Shown piece by piece: positions 50,721-61,805 of a stretch of 64,000 bases of DNA. The stretch spans positions 62,001 to 126,000 of the forward strand of contig JBLDXI010000030.1 of NCBI GenBank assembly GCA_047495785.1. The letters run 5' to 3'. The stretch comes from Lepidodermella squamata. Its lineage: Eukaryota; Animalia; Gastrotricha. How positions within the stretch are numbered: the stretch's first letter is position 1; each line of letters starts with the position of its first letter. The position numbers and the translations under genes are program-made. The notes under the pieces are model-generated. The model was not told the origin of the DNA and ran no database searches. It saw only the letters and a program-made list of their open reading frames with translations.

Positions 50721-50822
50721 TAGGGAAGTACCGCTAGAGATGGTAGGGATCATCCCTCCCAGTTCCATCGGTTTGTACGGTGAGCTCAGTCAAATCCCTA
50801 CCAAATCCGCGGTCCTACTTTG
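50721..50822. mobile_element. Fragment of the 44698/36496 MITE family
   Basis: AGTACCGCTAGAGATGGTAGGGATCATCC closely matches 44708-44736. Confidence 0.7.
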
Positions 50823-50935
50823 ATCTAGGATTTCAACTCAAGATACATCAACTAAACAAAGTTCGGATAACTGACGAACCTTCGTTGTTTCAATTCTATG
50901 ACATCTTTTTATCGACAACTTTCTCATTTTCAGGC

Positions 50936-52111
50936 TCAGTACATTATTTCTACCATGATGTGAGTGTCAATAATCACCATAGCGAGAAGGGCACTTCCGT
51001 AAAAAACTGCGTCTAGTAGACGGATTGCTGTGAACTTGCATTTCCGAACTTTGAACGAAAGCCTTTCGGCCAGTTCGCATGTTAGCAGAGCGTAGAGAGT
51101 CATGAAAATTCCAACGCCGAGTTGAACCACCAAGAAAATGAGAGCCCATGGAATTTGACTGGTCTTTGGAATCATCTCGCTAACATTGGACTGGTAGACA
51201 GCAATAGCCAGTACAACAGTGCAGCAGAATACAGGCCTATCAGGCGAGTCGGGTGGGATGAAAACTGATCCGAACAACAGAAGCATTAACCCAATACATG
51301 GTAGGAAAATGTTGAGAATGTAAAGAGTCGGACGTCTGCTAATCTTGAAGGTATATGTCACGCGGTGATAGTACTTCAACGGCTCATCAGGGTAATTTGC
51401 CGCGAAAAATTCCGCGGTAACATTATCCAAATGCCACGCGCTAGATTTGCTGATGAATGAAGTCTCCTCGTCATTATCAATGATTGGCTTACTTGAGTCG
51501 TAGTTCAGATGAACACTGTTGTTGTTCAACAATGACTCGATCATTATGTCACAATGCTGGGTATCAGACGGAAATTTTTCCAAGCTATAGAAATAAATAA
51601 AGTGCGTTTTTGATGGGGTTGGAGCTATTTCTACTTACTTCAAGGGGCAATAGACTTCAATGGGCCCAGAAAGCGTAGTCGTTATTTCGCCACTATGGCT
51701 ATATCTCACGTATTGCCTCGATGATAAGAGGTCATCCATTTGGGGATTGCGAGCTGCGTTCACGATTCGGAGGGGTGGTAACCACGATTCATCGGCGTCG
51801 ATTTCAAACGATTTTGTGTCTTCCCATTCCGTTTTGTTCCAGCGAACGCATGGATGGTTCCAAAAAAGATAGAGCTCAGCCACAAGTGCGAATGTTTCTT
51901 GGACCTCTTGCAGTTCGATGAAACGAAACGGCCTGAAAATCATGCCCACTTCGACTGGGTCGCGAAATTTCGCGCTGTGACGGGACTTTTCTGAAACACC
52001 GCATTTCTCAATGAACAAAGCCCTCAACTGAGCGTCTTTAGGCCGCCAAGGATTGTCTCCAGAAGTTATCGCCACGCAATAAATCATAAATATTGAAAAT
52101 TTCGCAAACAT
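50936..52111 (-). CDS. Divergent Cys-loop channel subunit (subfamily D)
   Basis: ATG at 52111; intron 51585-51638; CPLNLEKFPSDTQHC. Confidence 0.92.
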
Positions 52112-52427
52112 TTCTTTATTAAGCACGCCGGCTTTTTCGGATTATCATATATGCTTGATGGACAGACTAAAAGCAGGGAAATGCAGAAATCGATTAAACT
52201 AACAAGCTAACAATATTGATGCATGTTCGCCTCCATCGTACAATTCCGGTTAATTGACCTTAAATGCGGATTGACTTTACTTCGGTTTTATTTGAGGTCT
52301 CAAATAGCGCTAATGTCTATTTAGAAGGTCGCGGAAGGTCTTTGAAAGATTCACCATGGTACCTTTCGTCTCAAACAAGTTCTGCCCGACATCTTTTAAC
52401 ATTCGAATATTCTATTGGCTTGCGCTC

Positions 52428-52663
52428 AGCCCATTATCTCTAACATGATGTAAGAATAAATAATCGCAATAGCTAGAAGGGCAGTTCCGTAAAAAAACAA
52501 TATATTGAGCAAACGAATCGCTGTCATTCAGCGTTTCCCTACTTCGAACGAAATTCTGCCGGCTAAATTATAAGAAATTCCCTGCAGTCATAACGGAGAG
52601 CCGCTCCTTGGGCGGATGGGGAATGGGGATATACTGCACGGTGACCTCGATAGGTCTGTTTTC
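52428..52663 (-). pseudogene. Chimeric channel relic: subfamily C exon-1 fragment abutting a subfamily D M4 fragment
   Basis: 52428-52567 aligns to about 59385-59527; 52570-52663 translates as RPIEVTVQYIPI..KERLSVMTAGNF. Confidence 0.7.
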
Positions 52664-53099
52664 ACACGACCGCGCGGCTGCGCGACCAAGGCCGGAAACA
52701 AATATGCGGACTTTGCCCTTGATCACATGATTGCAAAGTCGCCCTATAATATATTGCATTAAGGAGCATTTCCATGAGAGTGACTTATGAAAGGGGATTC
52801 GCATAACTGTTTTGAGGAAAAATAATAGTTTTCACAAGGATAGTCATTAAAATCGTGATAAGATTTAAAATCAATATGGCCCGATGAATACTATGATAAT
52901 TTGATCGGCTGTCGGCTAACGTTGGCCTACCACCCCCGCCAACAAGGTTTGGGTATGGCCTTGTGGTCGTGAGTCTGACACAGAAGTGACACAAACTTTT
53001 TGACCGAGTTGGCTACGGCACCCTAAGATTTTTCTGAAATGGGTCCGCCGACTTCAATCCGTTACTTAAGTCAATCAGTTACATAATAGGTATCATTTG

Positions 53100-55182
53100 T
53101 TACCTCTACAGACTCACCTTCGTCTTCTGTACAACATGTGCCTCGGCAGCCGATACACCCTGCCGGATTGGAAGGAGGCAGTTGCCGTGGCCGTTATGTG
53201 AAGAGACAACTAAATTGAAAACGTACTCAGCTGATCCATATCGGTACCTTGTGAAGATTCTCGATGCGATAATCGCGCGTTGGATGACCCAGTTGTTGGA
53301 GGCTCTCCGTCTCCTCCCGGACAATCAATATGCTTTTCGTGAGCATCGCTCGGCGGCGGACATTCCAGTTCGTGTTGCCCACCGAGTGCATCAGGCCCGC
53401 GCGGCCAAGCGGAAGATGGTAGTTGTTGGTCTCGATGTAAAGGCCACATACGATGTTTGGCACGCTGGCTTGGTCCATAAGCTTGGCCAACTGCCCCTGC
53501 CGCGCAATCTCATTGGGTGGCTCGCGGATTACTTACGCCAGCACGGGTGTTACCTTTTTCGAACCTCAGACGCTCGCCCAGACCGAGGCTGATCGAATTG
53601 CCGCCTGGGCCTGCCTTTGGCGCCAGCAATTAAATGCATCTAAAAGCGAAGTCATCGCTTTCTCTCGCCAGCCCCCAGTCCTTCAAGTCGAACTACGCGG
53701 CGCCGCCGTTCCACAGGTGACAGCGTTGCGCATACTCGGGCTCATGTTCGATGAAAAGCTCACTTGGAAGCCTCACATAGACCACGTCCTCCAACGGGCT
53801 CAATTCCGGGCCCATATTAGTTCCGTCCGGCCCCCAAGCGTCGGTTGCGCAATTAGAGGGTAAAAGTGGACTTAGCGCAAAACGCCAAGTCGAAATTTTA
53901 AACAACATTTTGGCCGCGCGCGCTGATGTCAAAGGGCTATTTTCAAATATCCTAGCGGTTTTTATTCCAAAATGAAGCTTAAATAATTCTCCATCAAATG
54001 AATATGGGTTTCTTGCGAGAAAAATTTGACTTAACAGGTTTTACGAGCACTCCAACTTTTCATTTACGCGTGTGCACGTTCCTGGTCAACGCGCGGAATT
54101 TAGAGTGCACGTAAAACTTTTTTATTTTAATTTTTTCGAGCGAGAACCCCATATTCAATCGATAGCGAATTGTCTGAATTATTTTTTGGTATAAAAACCG
54201 ACGCGATATTTGAAAGTAACCCTTTAGCATCTTTGCGCGCGGTTTTAAATTTGTTAAAAATCAGGACTTGGCTTTTGCGCATAAGTTGAACTATTTTTAA
54301 CAAATTTAAAACCGCGCGCAAAGATGCTAAAGGGTTACTTTCAAATATCGCGTCGGTTTTTATACCAAAAAATAATTCAGACAATTCGCTATCGATTGAA
54401 TATGGGGTTCTCGCTCGAAAAAATTAAAATAAAAAAGTTTTACGTGCACCTAAAATTTTGCGCGCGAGTTGAGAGCGCGCGCACTCGCTTCTCAAAAGTT
54501 AGGATGTGCGGTAACCGTTTTTTCGTTCATTTTTCACGCGAGAAATCCATATCTATTCTATTTCTGAATTTTCTGAACTTTCTTTTGGTATAAAAACCGC
54601 CTAAATAATCAAAACTTGCCCTTTGACTTTACCGCACGCGGCCTTGAAATTTCTAAAAATGCGCGTTTTGCGCGTTTTGCGCTTAGTCCACTTTTACCCT
54701 CCGACTGGACGGAACTAATATGGGCCCGGAATTGAGCCTCCAACGGTGTGGGCGTAATTTGTCCTGGTTTCGTGCATCGTCTGCGCCTGTCTCTGCGATG
54801 GCGCCGCGCTACTTACCTTTCGCTCGTCCGCTCCATTGCGACCTTCGGGGCTGTTGCGTTCTCCTCCTCCGCCAAGACGCAGCTTCAGACCGCCTGGATG
54901 TACTTCAGAACAATTGCCTTGGAGCTATTCTCCGCATTCGACTGGACGATCGCGTCCGCATCTCTGCCCTTGAGCAGCGATGTCGCGTGCCTAGCATCTC
55001 CGCCTTCCTGGCCATCGCACAAAGCCGCTATGCTGACAATGTCGTTCGACATATTCTGCCTCGTGCCTCGTCTGCGTGAGGACGTCGAAAGTGTTCGCCT
55101 CTCCCCATCGCCGCCCCTGAAGTCAACGGGGTTTATTCTTAACTCTCGTCTGCCACAGGGCCCGCTTCCTGCTCCCATGTGA
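53100..55182 (+). mobile_element. Degenerate non-LTR retrotransposon (LINE) reverse-transcriptase relic, interrupted by a foldback element
   Basis: QYAFREHRS, LDVKATYDVWHAGLVHKL, LNASKSEVI, LRILGLMFDEKLTWKPHI across shifted frames; continues after 54737. Confidence 0.85.
53798..54737. mobile_element. Mutator/foldback-like element (940 bp) nested in the LINE
   Basis: 9-bp TSD CTCCAACGG; TIR GCTCAATTCCGGGCCCATATTAGTTCCGTCC; inner 157-bp inverted arms 54105-54261 and 54293-54449. Confidence 0.9.
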
Positions 55183-55424
55183 TTCCTGTCATCTGTTTCT
55201 TTTCTCATCTCAGTGTTCTATCGTTCCTCTTCACTGAAAAGCGACTGTTCACCCTGTGCTCGAGCCTTTATATTTTCCTGTTGTTATTGATTTTTGATTT
55301 CGCTTTTGTTTTTGATGGTTCGTTGCTCCTAAATTATTGCTGAAAATGAATGGGAAATTTAAAGGCCAAATAAAAGGTTTTTCGTTTCGTTCGTTGTTGC
55401 CCGAAATTTATTTTCGTTTTTCAA

Positions 55425-56615
55425 TTATTCAAGAATTCTAGCTAAGAAATAAAAATCGGCAATCACCAGAGTACTCGCTGCCGCGGATATGAAAAAAGCA
55501 TCAATTCTGCGTATGAAGCTGTCAATCGGAATTGAAATGCACTTCGGCCGACTTGAATACAGTGGGCTTGTTTGAGAAGCCAGGTAGCAAACTACTAACG
55601 AATACAGCGTGCATGAAATTGCGGTTATATAATTGACAGTCACAATCCACACAGCGTAGGGTATGACACTGGAACTCGGTATCAAATCGATAATAGACGA
55701 TTGAAGTACAGAAAATGCAAGCAGGATAGTCACGCAATACATTGGCCTATCGGGCGCTCCTGGTTCCATGAAAATGAAACATAAAAGAACAGTTGACAGG
55801 CTGAAACTCGGCAGGAATATATTCAAAATGTAGCTGGTTGGTTTGCGTGTGAAACTGAATTCGACGCTGGCACGATGGAAATAGTTTGGTGATATAATGT
55901 CGTCATATTTTAATGTCCTGTTTTTCGTCTCTAAACCAGATAGTTGCCAAACTGATTTCGATGCGACGAAAGGCCAGTTATCAGCCTGTTGTATCACCGT
56001 TTTTACATAAGCCGTCAATGTCAATGTCTTATTACTATGCCACGATTCAACATCAACAGCACAAACTTGCTTGTCAAACGGAAATTTTTCTACGCTGTTC
56101 AAAACAAGATGAATAAGCCTTGAAGGTTTGAGTGAAACTAAAACTCACTCAAAGTTGCAGTAAACTGAAAAAAGACCGAGAGGTCCTAGTATTACTTGGC
56201 CGTTACTGTTGAAAAACACCTTTTCGTCATCTTTGAAAATGTTTTTGAATGTAACTTCGTCGTAGCCATTGGCGATATACACATCCGGGTGCCAAGTAGA
56301 ATGCGATTCAACGAAGAAGAAGTCCACTTCGTCCCAGTCCGTTGCGTTCCACTGAACGCAAGGATGTTCCCAGAAAAAGTTGACTGTCATCATAACCGAG
56401 AATCGCTCCTCGGGTATGTTGAGCTCGACCAAGCGAACAGGGATGAACTGCACATCTATGGCGATGGATTTGTTGAAACTCTCAAGCGGACGAAATTTAG
56501 AATTGAGGCTGCATTCCTTTTCAAAGTGTTGCCTCAATGCTTCATCAGGTGGAGCAAATATCGCCGAGGAAAGTCTTAAAACAGAAGAAAACACAATGAG
56601 ATGTTCAGCTTGCAT
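55425..56615 (-). CDS. Divergent Cys-loop channel subunit (subfamily C)
   Basis: Intron 56095-56148; CNFDVEKFPFDKQVC. Confidence 0.93.
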
Positions 56616-57199
56616 TGTCTATCTCAATAACCAAGTTACAATACCAATTCGAAAATATTTTTATTAGCTCTATGCATTATCCATGACATTTCGCTGACGT
56701 AAAAAATTGTTATGATCGATGGTATTTCCGAAAAAACCATGTGACGTAGAGAGCATGTTATCCACATCCCTTAAAATCTAAACATTCGAAGTATGACAAA
56801 TATTTTCTTAGCCTCGCATTTTTAATAACCTTTCGAAGCTGTTTCCGTCATTTTATAGATCCAGACTTCGGTAAACATTCCTGAAATTTTCGTTATCATG
56901 GAATCCGGAGCAAAGATGGTGATAGCGAAATACTCTTAGCGATTTCTAAAACAAATGCCATTTTCAAAAATGCATCCAATATGCACCCATTATGGCAAGA
57001 GCTAATCGCCACTCTCGAAGACTCTCGATAGTCCGAGACAGCGCTAGGTCGCCGATTCAATACAATGAATAGCGCGACATGCGACTTCACGAAGTTGGAA
57101 TTGATGAAAACTTTGATGCATATGTCCCAACTTCGTTTCTGTCTGGCTTTTAATTATTTTGATGATCAAAATGATAAAAAATAACCATGCTGGATGTTG

Positions 57200-57455
57200 G
57201 ATTACAATGAACGCAAGGGCGGTGTTGTCAAAAACTGCACAGCCATTATAACGGATAGCTGTGCCTTGTGTACGTTGATTTCGATCAGGCGGATGAAAAT
57301 TAACGGCACAGTAAAATTGATTTGTATATGATTTGTATCAGCAGGTTTTTCCAGGTTTTGGAGAGGTCTGAATTTTATATGAAAGCTGAGCTTCTTTCCG
57401 CGCCTCAGCAAATTCAGTAAAGTTCACCCAGATTGGGCTGTTTCACCCACATTCG
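57200..57455 (-). pseudogene. Decayed exon-1 relic of a subfamily C channel gene (like 48631-49813)
   Basis: KFRPLQNLEKP...IRLIEINVHKAQLSVIMAV resembles MFRPLQNPETP...IRLIEINVPEERLSVMMTV. Confidence 0.75.
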
Positions 57456-57707
57456 TGCTACTAAACCCCGAATTCTGAGTTGAGCTTTATATTCCACCGA
57501 TGGATCCATAACTGATCAGGATTTCTGCGGGATCGAGATCGTTTGTAGTTACTTGGCTAAAAGTCCTAGCTTTGAGGCTTGTTGCATTTTGCATCGTTAC
57601 TATTAAACTTATTAGGCTTGCTCAAGCTATAAACTATAATGTTGAGCCTTTCTCCTATCATGGCCATACTTAACATTGTTTTATCGATAGCTTTCTCATT
57701 TTCAGGC

Positions 57708-58883
57708 TCAGTACATTATTTCTAACATTATGTAAGTATCAATGATCACAATGGCCAAAAGTGCACTTCCGTAAAATAGGATGTCTAGTAGACGAATTGC
57801 TTTAAGCTCCCAGTTTGGAATTTTGAACGAAAGCCTTTCGGCCAGTTCGCATGTTAGCAGAGCGTAGAGAGTCATGAAAATTCCAACGCCGAGTTGAACC
57901 ACCAAGAAAATGAGAGCCCATGGAATTTGACTGGTCTTTGGAATCATTTCGCTGACATTGGACTGATAGACAGCAATAGCCAGTACGACAGTGCAGCAGA
58001 ATACAGGCCTATCAGGAGATTCCGGCGGGATGAAAACCGAACCGAACATTAGAAGCATCAAACCAATGCATGGTAGGAAAATGTTGAGGATGTATAAAGT
58101 TGGACGCCTGCTGATCTTGAACGTATATGTCACACGGTGGTAGTACTTCAAAGGTTCATCTGGGTAATTTGCAGTGAACAATTCAGCGCTAACATTGTCC
58201 AAACGCCAGGCGCTTGATTCGCTAATGAATGAAGTCTGTTCGTCATTATCTATGATCGGAGTACTCGTGTCATATATCAAACTGACGCTGTTGTTATTCA
58301 TCCATGACTCGATCCTAATGTCACAATGCTGAGTGTCAGCCGGAAATTTTTCCAAGCTATAGAAATAAATCAAGACCGGTTTTGATAGGGTTGGAACTAG
58401 TTCTACTTACTTCAGAGGACAGTAGACTTCAAAAGGCCCAGAAAGCGTTGTAGTAACTTCGCCATCATGGCTGTATCTCACGTATTGCCTCGATGACATG
58501 AGGTCATCCATCTGAGGCTTGCGAGCTGCGTTAACGACTCGAAGAGGTGGTAGCCATGATTCATCTGCGTTGACTTCAAACGATTTCGCATCTTCCCATT
58601 CCGTTTTGTTCCAGCGAACGCATGGATGGTTCCAAAATAGATATAGCTCGGCCATAACCGCGAACGCTTCTTGGACCTCATGCACTTCGATGAATCGAAA
58701 CGGCCTGTAAACCATGTTAACTCTGACTGTGTCACGAAAATTCGCGCTGTGACGTGCATTTTCCGAAACCCCGCATTTTTCGATGAAAAAAGCCCTCAAC
58801 TGGGCGTCTTTAGGCCGCCATGACTCTTCTGCACAAGTTATCGCTGCGCAACAAATCAGAAGTATTGGAAATTTGGCAAACAT
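57708..58883 (-). CDS. Divergent Cys-loop channel subunit (subfamily D)
   Basis: Intron 58357-58410; CPLNLEKFPADTQHC. Confidence 0.93.
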
Positions 58884-59383
58884 TTTTTTATTAACTGAAG
58901 AGAGAATCGCTGTGTAAAAAACCTCATCGCACTGGCTTTTCCGGATTTGAAATATTTATTTCTCTTTGGCTAGTTTTAATCTCTTACTACTTAATGAACA
59001 GAGCAAAAGCAGCTACGTTGCAGAAATCGATTAAACTAACAATTTGATATACTTATAATTTGAAATCTTAATAAAACGACGTCACCACGTGACAAAAAGA
59101 ATGCTATCTTGAAGGCAAATTTAAGTCATTCAGTTCTCCACTTTCGCTTTCATATGTATGATGTAAGATTCATCTGGAGTTCGCTGCCATCATAACTTGG
59201 GTTCGTGGGACCTCGATATGGATTGACTTCACTTTGATTTATTATTTGATGTCTCAAAAGCGCCAATGTCTATTTACAAGTTCACTGGATCACTAGAATA
59301 ATTCACTAGATTACTTTTTGTCTCCAACAAGTTCTGTCCAGAATTTTTTGACATTCAAATAATCCATTGTTTTTCCCATGCGC

Positions 59384-60565
59384 TCAGCGCATTATCTCTA
59401 CCATAATGTGAGAATCAATAATCGCAATAACTAGCAGGGCACTTCCGTAAAATACGATGTCTAGTAGACGAATCGCTGTCATTCCGCCGCGTTTGCCAAC
59501 TTCGAACGACATCCTGCCGGCTAAATCGCATGTTAGCAGAGTGTAGAGAGTCATGACAATGCCGACGCCGAGCTGGACTACCAGGAAAACCAGAGCCCAT
59601 GGAATTTGACTGGTCTTTGGAATCATCTCGCTGACATTGGATTGGTAAACCGCTATAGCTAGCACAACAGTACAACAGAAAACTGGCCGATCAGGCGAGT
59701 CAGGTGGGATGAAATACGAACCGAACATTAGAAGCATCAAACCAATGCAGGGTAGGAATATGTTGAGAATATAAAGAGCTGGGCGCCTGCTTATCTTGAA
59801 CGTATAAGTCAGGCGATGGTAGAACTTCAGAGGGTCATCAGGGTAATTTGCGGGCAGAAAACTCGCGGTAACATCGACGAATCGCCACGCGCTAGATTTG
59901 CTGATAAATGGCGCGTCTTCATCGTTATCCAAAATCGTGTCATTAGGATTGAACTCGAAATGAACGCTATTGTTATTCAGCCATGATTCGATCATTATGT
60001 CGCAGTGCTGAGTATCAGCCGGAAACTTCTCAAGGCTTAACATTAGAAAAATTAGTTAGACCAATGCTGAAGCAACACATGATACTTACTTCAAAGGGCA
60101 GTATACTTCGAAAGCTCCAGAAAGCGTTGTAGTTAACTGGCCATCGTGGCTATATCGGACATATTGCCTCGATGACATGAGATGATCGATTTGCGTGGTG
60201 CGAGCTGCATTCACAACTTGCATCGGGGGCATCCAAGTCTCTGTTGCCGCGAGCTCGAATGATTTATATTCGCCCCATTCAGTTTTGTTCCATCGAACGC
60301 ATGGGTGGTACCAGGATAGATATAGTTCAGCCATTACAGCGAATGTCTCTTCCACCTCTTGTAGCTCAATGAATCGGAAAGGCTTGAATGTCAACGACAG
60401 TTTGACAGGGTCCCGAAATTCAGCGCTATGGCGGGATTTTTCGGTGACTCCGCATTTCTGGATGAACAGTTTCCTTAGCTGAGCATCTTTAGGCAGCCAG
60501 GAGTCCTCGCAGAGAACTTGAAGAATCACAGCATAAATGTAAATTATTGGGATATTCCAGAGCAT
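59384..60565 (-). CDS. Divergent Cys-loop channel subunit (subfamily D)
   Basis: Intron 60036-60089; CPLNLEKFPADTQHC. Confidence 0.93.
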
Positions 60566-60614
60566 TTTTTTTATTAAAAATGATGAGAAATATTTGAGTT
60601 ATCATCGTCCATAA

Positions 60615-61805
60615 CTAGCATTTCCGAATTTTCACAAAGATAAACATATCAATTACGAACAGACCAAAAGCAACGATAGCGAAAAAGCAGAAATCGATAA
60701 ATCTAACGAGAGAGCATTTCAATTTAATGGACAAATTCGCTCTTCGGTTGAATAATTTCATCGACGACATATAAGTTGCGACCAATGTGTAGAGGGTGCA
60801 TAGCACTCCAGCGCCCATTTGGCTGGCTAGAAAAATGAGCGCCCATGGCACTTGGCTGGTTTTCGGAATCATTTCGCTGATAGACGCTTGGTAGAAGGAG
60901 TAGGCGAGAACTACAGAAACGCAATACGATGGTCTGTCATTAGCCTCGGGAGGCATAAACACCGCCCCGAAAAGTAGAGTGATTAAGCACGTGCAGGGGA
61001 AAAATATGTTGACAACATATAGGCTCGGGCGCCTCTCGAACTTGAAAGTATACGTCGCTCTGTGATATATTTTGGTCGGCGAGTCAGGATATGACACTCC
61101 TGATAGATTTGTCGAGACCCCCAGAAAGCTCCAAGCTGAAACTTGAGACATGAACGGCTTTGTTTCATCCTCCATAACAATTGCATCTACCAATTCAAAG
61201 CGTATGCTGTTTGTATTCAGCCAAGATTCAATGTGAATCGGGCAGTTCTGAACATCGTACGGGAAATTTTCCAAACTAGAAATGATGAGAAGGTTCGAAA
61301 TTGCAAAAAATTGCGAGGCGACTCACTTTAAAGCGCAGTGCGTTGTTGTCATGCCGTAAACGGTTACAGAAATTTCGCTATCGTAGCTGTAGCGAATGTA
61401 TTGCCTCTCGGAGGTCAGCTGGTCCAGCGATAAGGATTCAGCTCCGTTCACAATGTAAAGCATCGGGAGCCAGGACTCGAATTCTTGCATTTCAAATGAT
61501 TTCATGCCATCCCAGTCGCTGATGTTCCAAGATACGCACGGGTGTCGCCATGACATGCGAAGCTCGATTAGCATAGACAGAACCTCCTCGACATCTTCAA
61601 GCTTTTGGAATCTGAACGGTTTGAAGGCGAGCTGAATTACAGTTGGCTCTCGGGCTTGAATTGAATGGCGAGAGATTTCGCGTAAGCTGCATTTTTCGAC
61701 GAAGATCTTTCGCAGTTGAGCGTCCTTGGGCACGAATTTGTTCTGATCGACTTCTGAAGCGCTGCTAGCAGCGAAAATACCTAAAGCAAAATAGGTCAGA
61801 TACAT
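60615..61805 (-). CDS. Divergent Cys-loop channel subunit (subfamily D, most divergent member)
   Basis: Likely ATG at 61805; intron 61276-61326; CALNLENFPYDVQNC. Confidence 0.92.

Noticed and set aside
54127-54593. ORFs 54127-54384 and 54324-54593
   Set aside because: Translations of the palindromic foldback arms
1034-61805. Bacterial (GLIC/ELIC-like) origin or contamination
   Set aside because: Spliceosomal introns, a true Cys-loop disulfide, animal GPCRs and LINE relics indicate an animal locus
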